This document shows positions 24,261 through 36,509 of a DNA stretch of 64,000 nucleotides, piece by piece. Position 1 is the first letter of the stretch. Each line of letters begins with the position of its first letter. Below the pieces are notes generated by a model that saw nothing but the letters and a program-made list of their open reading frames with translations, had not been told where the DNA came from and made no database searches. The translations under genes and the position numbers were made by a program. The DNA comes from Trichodelitschia bisporula (Eukaryota). The stretch spans positions 310,001-374,000 of the forward strand of contig ML996693.1 in NCBI GenBank assembly GCA_010356995.1, in the 5' to 3' direction.

Positions 24261-25097
24261 ATGGACAAAGCGAAGCACGCTGTAAATGATTTCCTGTTCG
24301 TTGCTCACCCCCAATCTGCTGTTCATCCCTAGCCCTACCTCCCAGCAACCCCGATCCTGATCCAGCAGCTTACCCTCTCCAGGAACAAAGCCGGGCACAA
24401 CTCGACCACAGTGTCAGAGAGCATCGCCCCAGCCAAAACTCAGGAGACCATCCAGCCTACCACCGAGGAGCATACCCAAACGGCGCTGGACCGCGAAGTT
24501 CACCGGCATCATACGCACACGACCGTCCAGCCGCTTACGGCCCAGGAGACTCTCCCGGCCACCCATGAGCACGTTGTAAAGCCCTATTCCAAACGTGAGA
24601 TTGAACATCCGGCTCCTCCCGCAACCGCGACGCCGCCGCCGACATTCACGGATCAGACGCAGCATAATCCGACCATTGCGACGGAGCACGTCGTCGAGCC
24701 GACGGCAACGTCAACGCACACCCATCATCATGTGAAGGAGACGGTACAGCCTGTCATTCGTAAGACTACAATTCAGCCCCAGGTTTTACATGTCACGGCA
24801 CCGGTGCGCGAGGTTCACCGCCATGGAACGCAGCAGCATAGCACGACGACAATGCCGCCTGTGAGCGTGGAGCAGTTCAAGGCGGCGGGAGGGAGCCTGC
24901 AAGGGAGGGAGGAGCGAGTGGATGGGTTTGAAGGGGTGCCAAAGGGGATGCAGCAGAAGGAGTTCGGTAATACCGAGGGGATGGGCATGAACAAGATGGA
25001 TTCTGCGAAGAGGGACAGTATGGTCGAGGGGATCACCGTAGGCAGGGTCGAGGGGCATGATAGCGGGGAGCTGAGAAGCTGGGACGAAGCGGCGTAG
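24261..25097 (+). CDS. His/Thr-rich conserved fungal protein (commonly annotated 'allergen')
   Basis: ATG 24261 and intron 24296..24382 give MDKAKHAVNDFL|NKAGHNSTTVSESIAPA. Continues DREVHRHHTHTTVQP, HHHVKETVQPVIRK and PPVSVEQFK...GG. Confidence 0.8.
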
Positions 25098-26869
25098 GCA
25101 ATCCCTCGTTAAGGTTGCCTGTAGTTCCGCGTTGGCCATCGCGCTGGACCTGCGTCCTGTGTACCGAAGGTGGCGAGATGCGGTCATATGTTTTGCCTAC
25201 GCTTTTGCCTCGACGATCTAGGGCTCCGGCTGAGTGCCATCGTACCATCGTGCTTAAATGCTACCTACATGTCTGCAAGATTTTAGACTAGCAAGGAAAT
25301 ATACGCGAGCAATGACCTTGCTCGTCAGCGTGAATATCCCCAGCAAGATGATAACCTACATGAATCATGGCCCGAATATCACTTCTTATCGGGCCGCGGT
25401 CTACCGAGACGGCCGAAGACTCCAAACATGCATTCGCACCGTACAGGAATCGGATGACAATGTTTTCCGAATGTGGAAATCAAGGGCACCGCATGTACGG
25501 TACGGGGCCACTGCCGACATCCGGAGAGGCATGTGATGTTCGCCTAAGGTCCTCGTTTGGACTCAGAACATGCATCTCGCACCGGCCTCTCAAATAAGAC
25601 ACCCAATCCGATCACTTCTGAACGAACGATGGAAGCCCTCCCATATTAGGGCCCAGTAGTATGGACGGCCCAGCCGGCTTATCAGTCCTTGCCCAAGGTT
25701 AAAGCGGCAAAGCGTTCCGGAAGCCTCGTGGAGTATACCGTACCCACTACCGTACGCCATGAGATCGATCTCCGGACCACGTCTGGACCATGGTGTCTCA
25801 AAGGCGATCATTCGAGGGCGAAATGCGGAGACGCCCGCGCTCGACAAGCGCCACGCCATCTCACGACCCAAGAAGTTCTTGACCATCTCAGACTCAGCTT
25901 GACCCGAACCGAAGCCGGTCACATGCTAGATTACCCGATGTTGAACAGGCTAGCTCCCGACCTCTCACCTACCCCACACACTCACCCCGCCTCCATTCAG
26001 GCCGACGATCTGCCGTGATTGAGTTTATATCGACCGGCCCTGATCGCCCTCGCTTTCTACACAATCACCGAAAGTCGCCATATTATCAGCAGCCATCGGT
26101 TAGGATTTAATATAAATATCGTTGCGGAAATCCCGAGCGGTTCAGGGCGACTTGCCGCCAGCCGAACGCCCAACAGGACCGTTTCGTTTAAGGGTCGCTG
26201 CTGGCGATCTCTCCAGGGCTTAATAACCAGAGTGAACGAGGCAACTTCCGGTGGAAGTCGTGCACGCGATGGAACATATACTCGGAGGTGCCGATGATTC
26301 GGGAATACTATTTGGTAGATGCACTCTAGGTTGTTAGTTTTTGGCCATGCGCAGAATTTCCGTGGACGTCGGGAGAGTCGCCACCAACTTCAGCCTTGCA
26401 TCGTGAAAATCCACGGCTGGATCGCCGTATGGAAAAACCCCGGAAGCCGCCCACCCCACATGCTCTCAACCACGCATTTTCAGGTCAAGGAATCTCCTCG
26501 GATACCAGAACATCATGGCCGTAGACAAACTCTCGGAAATGCCGCCAAGACCCCTCCCTCAAACACTCTCCCGATCGTCATGCCGGCCGGTTTCACCATC
26601 GGAGGGCTCATTGCATCACCCCGCCGCGGTCCAAAGTTGCGCTCAAGAGTCGCCTCTCGCCCAGTTTACCCAAAACAAGTTTGCCCCAAATGTGTTTCTC
26701 CAGTGGTTAACCCCCGTCTCGGAAAAACGCAGATAAACAGCCTGTCCCGGGATGCGCCTCGTTGACCGGAGCAATGTGGTTGGTCCGTTTCCGAACTTCA
26801 GCCTTCGCATCACCTACTCCCAGTGCTGCACCCAGTGTTGCGCTTTGAGCGGTTTGCGGGGGTGGCGTC

Positions 26870-26903
26870 GATATGCACGCCGCGTGGATATGCACGCCGC
26901 GTG
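26870..26903. repeat. 17-bp perfect tandem duplication (GATATGCACGCCGCGTG)x2
   Basis: Read directly from the sequence; intergenic. Confidence 0.9.
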
Positions 26904-27733
26904 GTCTTCTTTTCGGGTTCCATCGTCTTCTTTTGCCGCTGAAATTTGTTCAGTCGACTGTTCGTTGTCGTTCGTTCCACGTTTGCTTGCGCCATCAGGC
27001 TGGCCTCACCTGCACAACCAGCCGAGCCCCAACCCACTAGACTAGAACTGGTCCATACCTTGAGTGGTGATGCTTGCAGCACTCTTTTTGTGACCTAATC
27101 CACGGAATGACCTCAATGACAAGCCCGCTAACCCGAAGTCGCATTTCATCCACCTCAACCCCATCATCCGCCAAATTACCCCTGCCCAGAAGACGAGAGA
27201 CGGTGGAGATACTCCGCAAGGTCACAGCAAGCTTTTTAATCAAGCTGCCCCGAAGCACGGGGGCCTTCGCCAATTTGGGCCTCTCCACAAAGGCCTAGCC
27301 CGCAAATCCCTCTCCTGGTCGAAGATTGAGCGATCAAGTCAGAAGGATAGCAAACCCTGGGGCGGTACTGACTACCGTGATATAGTATATTCCCACACTA
27401 GCTATGCTTCTTGCTTCCGCGCCGGGGCCATCCCGACTTGCCACTCGCGTGAGGCGAAATATGTTCGCCGTGAAGAGCATACAGCTTGGGGCAAGCCGAA
27501 AAAAGTGTCGAGCCCCAAATATGATGCTTTCCGCAGTCCGAGTGTCGCGCGCGTGAGAGACCCTTCCACCATCCATCTCTCATCTTTGCGACCGTCCCTT
27601 TCACTCATTTGGGCTACTTCCTGGTCGCCGCTCTCATTTCTCCTCACGGCAATCAGCCTTCCTCTGCTGAGCGGAGACAGAGGAAAGCAAGTAACCAAAG
27701 CATTGCGCGTCATCACCCGCGTGCCAGCACAGG

Positions 27734-29670
27734 ATGAAGCTCACAAAGCTCGTCTTCCTGCCCTTGGTGGCTTCCGCCGCCGTGATAAAACCACGTGACG
27801 GCCCCGGAGAACATTCACGTATGTCCGGCAATGTTGTGCTGAAGGTGCTGTCCCGTATCCGGAGTCTAACGGTCCTAGATGGCGGTTCGCCGAAGCCTGC
27901 ATCTCCGGTAGTTGCCGCTCCCGCCCCGGCTGCCGTTCCATCGCCTTCTGCAACCAGCTCCCCGGGGATGTGGGACAGCCTGTCATCCTGGTGGAATGGC
28001 CCCAGCTCGGCAGCGGCATCCGTAGCAGCGAAACCGACAGCAGTGGCACCGAAGCCGACGACACCAGCGCCCGCAAAGCCGGCTGCAGCTCCGAAGTCAG
28101 ATGACTCGTCATCTTGGTGGGCCAGCATATTCGGCAGCGGTAGCAAACCACCACCGGCGCCGAAAGTGGAACCGACAGCCAAATCCAATGATTCGGGATC
28201 CTGGATCGACAGCATCGGCCAGTTCATGCTGACTGCAACCAACACCGTAGTTACGCTCACCGATTATGCCAAGACGATTGAGAAGGAGTTGCCCAACTGG
28301 ATTTATCAGGGCGTCAATAGTGCCAGCGCCATCCTCAATTGGCAGTCTGCACCAGTCCGCGCCGATTACCAAAAGCCAGAACTGGAACCGCAGGCAAAGA
28401 AGGTGACCCTGCGGTACGGCCCGTACACGTTACGTGGAACGAGTGTAAGGACGAGTCCAAATCCGGGAGTGGTAGCTGACCTGTGAAGGCAAACCGAACC
28501 GCAGATGCAATCAATGTGAAGATGGATCCAAACAGTGAGATCATAGTACGCACACTCAAGGGCTTCCCAAACAACGCAGCGCTGCTCTCCGGCAAGCTTG
28601 TGACTGTTTTCGAGGACGGATCACCAGCCGACTATGAACATGGCGTGTACATCCACCATATCTTGGTAGCCGACGTCGGCAAGACCACCTTCCCCTTCGC
28701 TTTGTGTCCCGATACGCAAGTTAAGAAGTACGTTGGCCCGTGGACAGCTAGCTTCGTCCTCGACGCCGTGGGAGCCGGTTTCATCCAGGTCGGTAATGAT
28801 GCCGTCAACGGTGCCAACATTTACGCCGCTCGGGGCAAGGACAGCAGCATCAAGAGCGCTTTTATGACAGGCTTCAATGACATGTTCCTGATGGAGGCCG
28901 AAATCGTCAACTACAGGCCAGACAACCAGACTGTGTATATCAATGCCGAGCTCGAGTACCTTCCAGAGAAGCCGGAAGGCTACCTTGATGCGTCAACAGT
29001 CATCTTCAGCGCAACCGGCTGCAACAATCCGGGCTACAAGCCGCCGAATCAGAACCCGCAGTATAACCACACGAGCGAGGATTTCGTCATGAAGCAGGAC
29101 GGCACTATTGTCAATATGCGTTAGTGTGCTTCGCCAAAGATAAAAGAAAACATGCTGACCAGCCTAGGCGGCCATCTCCACGACGGCGGCGAAGCTATTC
29201 AAATGCTCCTCAACGACAAGCTGGTTTGCGACTCGCGGCCCACGTACACCAAGCAGGCAGTCCCAGGCGCCCCAGCCGGCGCTCCTGTCGCGGAGACTAT
29301 TACCGAGATGTCATGGTGCCTTGAACCGGTTAAGTTCAAGAAGGGAGACAAGGTGAAACTCCTTACGATCTACGACACATTGAAGCATCCTCTGTAAGTT
29401 TCCCCGGCAAGCATGGTAGTGACACAGCTGACAGCTTCAAGACGCGAAAGCATGGGCGGCGGCGGCGGCCACAGCCACGGCGGTGGTGGCGGCGCAGACG
29501 GCGGACACGGCGGTGGTGGCATGGCAGCTATGGAGGAAATGGGTATCTTCACCGTCAACATTGCCACGGCCGGCCAACCCGTGAACAAGAAGCAGAACAA
29601 GCTTTTAGATTGGGCCGACCCTGCCGCGGCAATGGCACCGGTTGGGATGGGAGTTTCGTTACCTGTTTAA
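27734..29670 (+). CDS. Secreted protein with Pro/Ser-rich linker and PHM/PNGaseF-like (type II copper monooxygenase-like) C-terminal region
   Basis: Signal peptide MKLTKLVFLPLVASAA. Introns 28445..28488, 29120..29167 and 29394..29441 keep the frame. Motifs YIHHIL, RGHLHDGG and MEEMGIF. Confidence 0.75.
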
Positions 29671-30760
29671 GGGAAGGGTTGCGTTTTGCTGTATTTTGTA
29701 CACTATCGGTCAAGGCGTGGAAGCCAAAGATAATTGACCCCATTTAGACCAAATGCCTCACTGCGGACGAGCCGCAGTTATATGCCGAGTAGCAAGCCGT
29801 GAAAGCGTTCGAGAAGCATGTGGAGAATCGATGAGAAAAGCTGAGGGACATTCTCGCCGGATGTGGGGGGCCAGACCTTATGAAAGAGCCAAAATACTCA
29901 AGAGCATTTCTACGGCAAGGTAAGTAAGTCTGTCAGAACTAAAGCGCGAGTCGGGTGAGACTGTACAACGGATAAGCACAGATTCACGAGACTATAGGGG
30001 CCGCACAAAACGACGCACGATTGACCGAAGGAGCTATGGCGGCTCAAGACCCCAAGCATCGGATGGCATGTCCCAGTCCAAACCGGGAGCATCGCACACA
30101 GGTGGAACGTTGTGGACACGCGACCTTGAAAGTGACAGATACTGAGATCACATCAAAGGGCCAGTGTACGCCATAAGGAGCCGGACATTGGTATTACGGA
30201 TGTAGTGTCTTCGTATGGATGAGTTGAAAGAGTTGGAAGAGTTGAAGGCTTTCGGGGTCAAAGAGTGGTGCAGAGTTGGAGTGGAGTGGATGCGAGTTCG
30301 AGTCAAGAGGTGGCATCAAGCCTCTGCAGATCGATCTGGGGATGGGATGCATCTTGACCAATCATGATGAAGCGTGCGGCCGGAAGCTTCGTCTCCGGAT
30401 AGCTGAAGGCTTGCACCTGCCCGTTTGCGAGCATTGCGAGGTTCGGGGCGGGAGGCGAGGAAGCGACGTCCCATGGTCCTTGGTCCAGCAGTCGTGGGCC
30501 CATCGTTCATCATGTCGTGTTCTCTTGTCTTTTCCCGAGGCCTTTTCCCTCTCAACCTCTCTTCCTATGATTCCGCACACTACACTTTCTCTGACCCGAC
30601 CTGACTGCGCCCACTGTGCTTCTTTTGACAATTGGACGTCATCATCCATACGTTAACTGCGGAGTACCCCCCAGCTGCTTTAACGGCCCAATACCTGCCG
30701 CTAACCTTACCGTAGCTGCTCCACCCCGCACCCCGCTCAAGAAGCTCTCCCGCGCGCTTC

Positions 30761-32822
30761 ATGGCAAATTCCGCGGCGTCTGCCGAGCCAACGGCCAACC
30801 ATGCGCCGGCCACTGCCTTGGGAGCAACGCTCAACACCAGCACGACCAGCAATTCGCAGCTTGCGAAACTTGAACTCGAAAAAGGCAGTTCCAGCAATCA
30901 GGGTGGACATGATCGCGGTGCCGAAGGGAGCGAGCTGCCCGAGAGTTTTGCTACCAAAGAAGCCGAGCCGGTGACGCAGGTGGTTCCCACTGAAGATGAA
31001 GAAGCCGAAGAAGATGATAGACACTTTGTCAAAGGCCCTGCTCGCATATTTTTGGCCTTCGCTCTGTGCGTGACAACCTTTTTGATAGGCTTGGACCAGA
31101 TGATTATCGCTACTGCCATACCCAAGATTACCACTCAATTCCACAGTCTCGACGATGTTGGCTGGTATGTTTCGGCGGACAGCATGCGACGAGATGCTAA
31201 CCTGGTAGGTATGGTTCTGCATATCTTCTCTGCACTACCGCCCTGCAGCCGTCATTTGGCAAGATATACACGTATTTCAACGTCAAATGGACATTCGTTG
31301 CTGCTCTTGTCGTCTTCGAAGGTAACCCAGCCTTGCCTGCATTTCTAGCCTGGCGTCTTGGATGCTAATTCTGCAGTCGGCTCGATCGTATGCGCCGTGG
31401 CCAAAGACTCGATTAGTCTGATCATCGGACGGGCCGTCGCTGGAGCAGGAAGTGCCGGCCTTTTCTCAGGAGGTATGACCATGATCGGCTATGCCATGCC
31501 CCTTCGCCATCGGGCGATCTACCTTGCCGCACTTTCGAGCATGTTCGGTGTTGCCTCGATTGTCGGTCCCATATTGGGCGGAGCATTCACCGATAGACTG
31601 ACTTGGAGATGGTCAGTCGTCTTTGGTCGAGTTGGCAATGGCTAATATTCGCAGGTGCTTCTGGGTATGACCACCTACGTGGTCCTTCGATCGGCTAACT
31701 GGTTAGATAAACCTCCCATTTGGTGCACTTGCCGTCTTTATTGTCATATTCACCTTCAAAAACCCCGAGCGCGACTTTACCCACGTCAGTATGAAGCAGA
31801 AAATCAAGGAAATGGACTTCGTCGGCGCCTTCTTCCTGATTTCCGCCATCATTTGCCTCCTCCTGGCGCTTCAGTGGGGCGGTATCACATATGCGTGGAA
31901 TGATTCCCGGGTCTGGGGTTGCATGTTGGGCTTTGGCTTGATCATCATCGTCTTCATCTTTACGCAGATACGCGCCAAAGATCAGGCAACAATTCCACTG
32001 CGAATCATGAAGAACCGAACCATAACGGCGGCCGCACTGACCCTCTCCTTTCTCTCCATGGGCATTTACACGTGAGTATGGTTCACTGGCTTTGGCTCCG
32101 ACTTACGGCTTCAGTCACGTATTCTATCTGCCCTTCTATTTTCAAGCTGTTAAAGGCACTACTGCTGAGCAGTCCGGAATCCGCTGCATCGCATATCTTA
32201 TCAGCAACACCATCGGCGCAATATTCATTGGCGGCATTGTTACAGTTGTTGGCTACTACTCTCCCTTCATTTGGGCTGGGACTGCTCGTTCGTCGCCTTC
32301 CCTTCCTCGTACCTCCAAGCTAACTATTCAGTGTTCACGGTTGGATCAGGACTCCTCTTCACTTTGAAAGTCGATTCCTCGCGCGGAGTCTGGATTGGTT
32401 ACCAGATCCTCGCGGGCTTCGGCTGCGGTGGCGCCGTGCAGTTGCCCTTCATCGCGACCCAAGTCGTCCTCTCGCCAAAAGATATGCCTACAGGCAATGC
32501 TATCGCGATCTTCTTCAATACTCTTGGTGGCGCGATTGCCATATCCATCGCCCAGAATATCTTCTCGAATACTCTAATTAAGGAGTTGAAGCACCTCGTT
32601 CCTAGTGTGAATCCGGCCACGATTCTGCTCGCAGGTGCAACGCACATTCGGGAAGTGGTCAAGCCTGAAGAACTACCCGGAACTTTGGAAGCATACGATC
32701 TGGCTGTTACCCGTGCGTTTGTGTTGCCCATTGCTGCTGGCGGCCTAGCATTCTTATCATCTTTGCTATTCGAGTGGAGAAGCGTCAAAGGAAAGAAGAT
32801 AATTCCAGCTGGTGGGGCTTGA
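30761..32822 (+). CDS. MFS drug:H+ antiporter (DHA2 / 14-TMS, toxin-pump type)
   Basis: [63 protein letters not shown] and [11 protein letters not shown] motifs. Six introns, including a 10-nt exon at 31655..31664. Confidence 0.92.
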
Positions 32823-33012
32823 CACTCCTTTGTTCAGCACATGGGCAGCACCTAGATCATGTACATGGATATGACATACGACCACGCTTTCATTAAATCG
32901 GTGCATCCGGTGAATCATGCCGCTAAAACAAATTCATTAACGGCTGACCGTCGAATCCTCCAACAGAAGCCCACGGCACCCGACTCCGCAACTCCCTTGA
33001 TTGAAGGTTCTT

Positions 33013-33523
33013 TCATGGCTTCAAATCCGACCTGTACTCTGAGGCAAGCCCAGCCGCCCCCAGCCCTTCAGCTACTAGCCTCAAGATTGGATGCTCCTTA
33101 TGGCCCATTATCTGGCGACCAAGAGCGTATGCTCCCAGCGCCTCTTCCAGCAAGTTCCGGCGGTGCTGCGATGACGACCGTGACCGTGACCGTGACCGCG
33201 ACCGCGACGGCGACGGCGACCGCGATGGCGACGGCGACCGGGACCGCGACTGCCCATTGCGCTTTGCTTCATCTCGCCGCAGCTTTTCGAAGGCGCCGAC
33301 TGCGATAGCACCAGCGACTGCGGCCTTCAAGTAGTGCTCTGTTGCGTCGCCACTGTTGGGGAGCTTGCCATCGCGGATGGCTTGCATTAGTTGGTCAGCG
33401 GCGACGACGGTGGACGTCTGTTTGAGTGTTAGAAATGGAGGTGAATGGGACATGTGGAAAACACAGTGGACATACGGCAGCAATTGCGGTCTCGACTTTC
33501 TTATTCGTGCTCGACGACGGCAT
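33013..33523 (-). CDS. Small conserved-looking fungal hypothetical protein with RS tract
   Basis: ATG 33523 and intron 33418..33475. Hydrophobic Ala/Gly segments (HYLKAAVAGAIAVGAFE, LLEEALGAYALG, LVAEGLGAAGL) flank an (RS/SP)n tract. TATA-like TTATAAAG on the minus strand near 33640. Confidence 0.7.
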
Positions 33524-33532
33524 GGTTGGCTG

Positions 33533-33588
33533 TGATTGAGTTGATACGATTGAATTGATGTGACTGGATTGATATGATTGAGTTGATG
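33533..33588. repeat. 14-bp period minisatellite (~TGATTGAGTTGATR)x4
   Basis: Four imperfect units immediately upstream of the ATG at 33523 (CAA-rich 5' leader on the minus strand). Confidence 0.8.
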
Positions 33589-34069
33589 TGATTGTTTGAG
33601 GATTGCAAGTCCAGTGTTGCTTGAGTTAGCGCTATCTTTATAATCATCAGTGGTGGCTTTTTCGGTGACTATGGTGTGATCGCGTGGATTCCTTCAGCCT
33701 CATCCGGAGATATCAGAACCTACTCAACTTCAAATCAAGCCCCAGGTTTCCTCACCGGTAAAGTGGAACCATCCTTAGTCACCCATCTCACGAAGGATCC
33801 CAGCCAGAAATGTCAGAATTCTGGCCAAGCTCCAACCAGAGCATGCCCCGCGCTGCAGAAGTCGAACGACCTCTTCCCAGACTCGACCGTTAGCCTCGCT
33901 TGGGCCTTTATACGGTTCCGTACCGTAGTGACGGGAAGAGTCGCGAAAATACGTCAGCTATGGTACATAGAACAGTGACGATGTCGACATCACGCCGTTG
34001 TGATGTGGGCTGAAGATGTAGCTGCGTCTTTGAGGCCGCATCGGTCAAAAATAGGGATGCGGTCAAAAA

Positions 34070-34416
34070 TAGGGATGCGGTTAAACAACGAACACAGCCT
34101 TTAAACAGCAATCAGTGTTCATTAACAAAACAGTACCCGAACAAGGGGTCTGTTCAAAGGCCTTGAAGCCTAAGGCGCCTATATTCAATACGTAAATTAC
34201 CATAAATCACATGTGCCAAGCTAAAATACACCAATCACAGGGCAGGAATGTGGCTTGGCCTTGAGTATTAATGGTAGTTAAAAGTAATATTACCGTGCTG
34301 CCGCAGGGCTTGGCTTCGAACAGTGTTTAAACATGTTTTTACCCACATAGATCAAACAAACAAACAATCATCTCTTGGCACATGATTGTTTCGTGATTGT
34401 TCGTACCGCATCCCTA
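34070..34416. mobile_element. Non-autonomous hAT-type DNA transposon (MITE-like), 347 bp
   Basis: TIR TAGGGATGCGGT at 34070..34081 with its reverse complement at 34405..34416. Identical 8-bp flanks GTCAAAAA at 34062..34069 and 34417..34424. AT-rich non-coding interior. Confidence 0.85.
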
Positions 34417-34729
34417 GTCAAAAACCCGCGCCCGAGGTCGCCGAATGGGTTGGTTTGGCGCTCGGTGGTTGGTGCTAGGCGCGGGCCGGGCCGCTGCTGG
34501 GGCCGAGGACGCCGAAGCTGGGGAATACCGGATCAGGATAGTGCCGAGGAGCTCGGGCTTTAGAGATCGGGTGGGAGAATGGAGGATCAGATATTCACTT
34601 TGCATGGCGGGAAAGTCGATGTAATGCGAACGTCATAAGGCTTTGATGATCACAGAATATAGCCTTGTCCGCTTCCACCCATAAGCGCCCTTCACAAAAA
34701 CCCACATTCCAATGCCTCAGCTAACTTGG

Positions 34730-35455
34730 CTAATCCTCAATATGCACTCTCCTCCTCTCCTCCTTCGGGCTCTTTTCATCCACATGCGCCTTTGGTACCA
34801 GAATCTTCAACAACCCGTGGCTCAGCCGTGCCTTCAGTCCATCCATATTCACCTCCTTCGGAAACGTAAAGCTGCGATACAGCGCCCCCGTATGCCGCTC
34901 ATTCAGCAAGGTCTTCAGCCTTGCCTGCCGTCCATGGCGCGCGGGCCGCCCATGCAGCTCCTCCCCATCATGCCTAAGGCCCACGTGCGCCTCCGGAATC
35001 TCCGTCTCCAACGGCGGAGCCGCGACTACCGCCCCCGCGCCCACTCGGTCAGTACTCGAGCCATCCAGACCCCACTCGGCCACGACGTCAGTCTTCTGAA
35101 TTGTAGCCTCGACAATGAGCATACGTGTCCCGGACCACTCAATCAGAATGTCGCGCTTTGTGGCAAGACCGGGAAACTCGCCCTCGAGGAAGTAGTAGGT
35201 GTCTGACTCCCGTACGTCAAAGCTAGGTGGGGTGAGGACTTCGTCCTGAGCGTGATGGAAAGAGATATCGGAATCATGCGGGTCGGGCGCAAGGCGGGAT
35301 CGTACGTGCGGAGTGTGCCCGCTGAAAAGGTCGGAGATCCAGGGATCGGTGATTATCTCGCGGATCATGTGGACTGGCCGTTGAGAGGGGTCGGCGAGGT
35401 TGGTGTGCAGTGGATGGATGAGGTTAATGAGGGACATAATTTTGTCGGAAGGCAT
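34730..35455 (-). CDS. Small heat shock protein (HSP20/alpha-crystallin domain)
   Basis: PSFDVRESDTYYFLEGEFPGL, ERHTGALYRSFTFP and ARLSHGLLKILVPK. The ACD is interrupted by a long insert, as in fungal Hsp30-type sHSPs. Confidence 0.9.
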   Translation of the reverse strand: MPSDKIMSLINLIHPLHTNLADPSQRPVHMIREIITDPWISDLFSGHTPHVRSRLAPDPHDSDISFHHAQDEVLTPPSFDVRESDTYYFLEGEFPGLATKRDILIEWSGTRMLIVEATIQKTDVVAEWGLDGSSTDRVGAGAVVAAPPLETEIPEAHVGLRHDGEELHGRPARHGRQARLKTLLNERHTGALYRSFTFPKEVNMDGLKARLSHGLLKILVPKAHVDEKSPKEERRRVHIED

Positions 35456-36509
35456 TTGTGTTTGGTGATCGGGAGTCGATCGTACGGTAGATAATAAGGA
35501 GTGGTTGATACTGTAGTTTATTTATCGATATTGAGGTTAATCAATGACAGAAAATATCGCCGAAGGCATTCCTGCTTTTTATGGTGACTTCGCGTATATG
35601 TGCCCAGCAAGGCTGATATGGCGTGACAATGATTGTGGGCTGCGCAGGCTTACCTGATTTGAGCAACCTAAACAGTTTCGCCGCTGAGACCAAGTGGCCA
35701 GCAGCATACATCGTACTGGTCATTGATGCCTTCATTCTTTTGGCCTGCTCCTTCGAGAGTCGTCATTAGATGAAGTGATTAGAAAACCTCCTTCAAATAC
35801 ATCGCCTCTACGGTAGGGATGTGGCTCGGACCTTGACCGGCCAGCACCGAGACGCCACCATCTTTAGCTCTACGGTAGCGCCAGTAACCTAGATGCAACG
35901 TACGGTGTGCTCAGTGGGGGGTCGCTGCGAAGAACTTTTTTTAAACCTAACCCTTCACGTCAACAGTACCGTAAGAGTGTCGATTTTGAAGCGGCAGGAT
36001 TGATCCCGGGAGTATGAGTGATGTGGACTCCTATCTGCGGTCTTCAAAGCTGGCTTCTGTTAAGGCTGGCCTCCAGCAACTCTCTACCGGTGTGAGCCCT
36101 TCTTGCTAGTGAGTTGCTTGAGCCCCTCTATGGTCGTTGAGATGGTATTGGCGTTTGTCGCTGTAGTGATCAGGCCGTCTACCCCGCAAAATCCAAGCGT
36201 CACTTGAATAAGTCGTAGCGCCCCAATCCGCCAAATGGCCTGCCGAGATGGGCTAAAACTTTTAGTTCTAGCATGGCCTTGGTTCCACACAGCAGAGTCC
36301 CAAACTGGAAACAATGCCGCACATCGTTGACAGTAATGACGTTCACTTGTATCTCGAAGGGCGCGTTGTCAATATAAGGGCGTGTTAGCTCAAAGGTGCT
36401 ACATACCGTAAAAGGCATAGCCATAAGGCTTCACATCCGTCGGCATTAAGGTTTAGCCATTTCCTCCTCAGCCTGAAACTGCACTTCTTCAGCTGCGAAG
36501 AATGCCACG

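Noticed and set aside
25258..27330. Several 60-150 aa ORFs in the 2.6-kb gap
   Set aside because: No recognisable motifs, mostly non-ATG starts and no consistent splice model. A decayed gene cannot be excluded without a search.
27734..32822. Secondary-metabolite gene cluster (oxidase-like protein plus MFS pump)
   Set aside because: No backbone synthase, pathway transcription factor or repetitive RiPP precursor recognised in the window.
36084..36424. Two overlapping minus-strand ORFs with protein-like stretches
   Set aside because: No family recognised, and they sit in the HSP20/HAD divergent promoter. Not enough support even for a pseudogene call.
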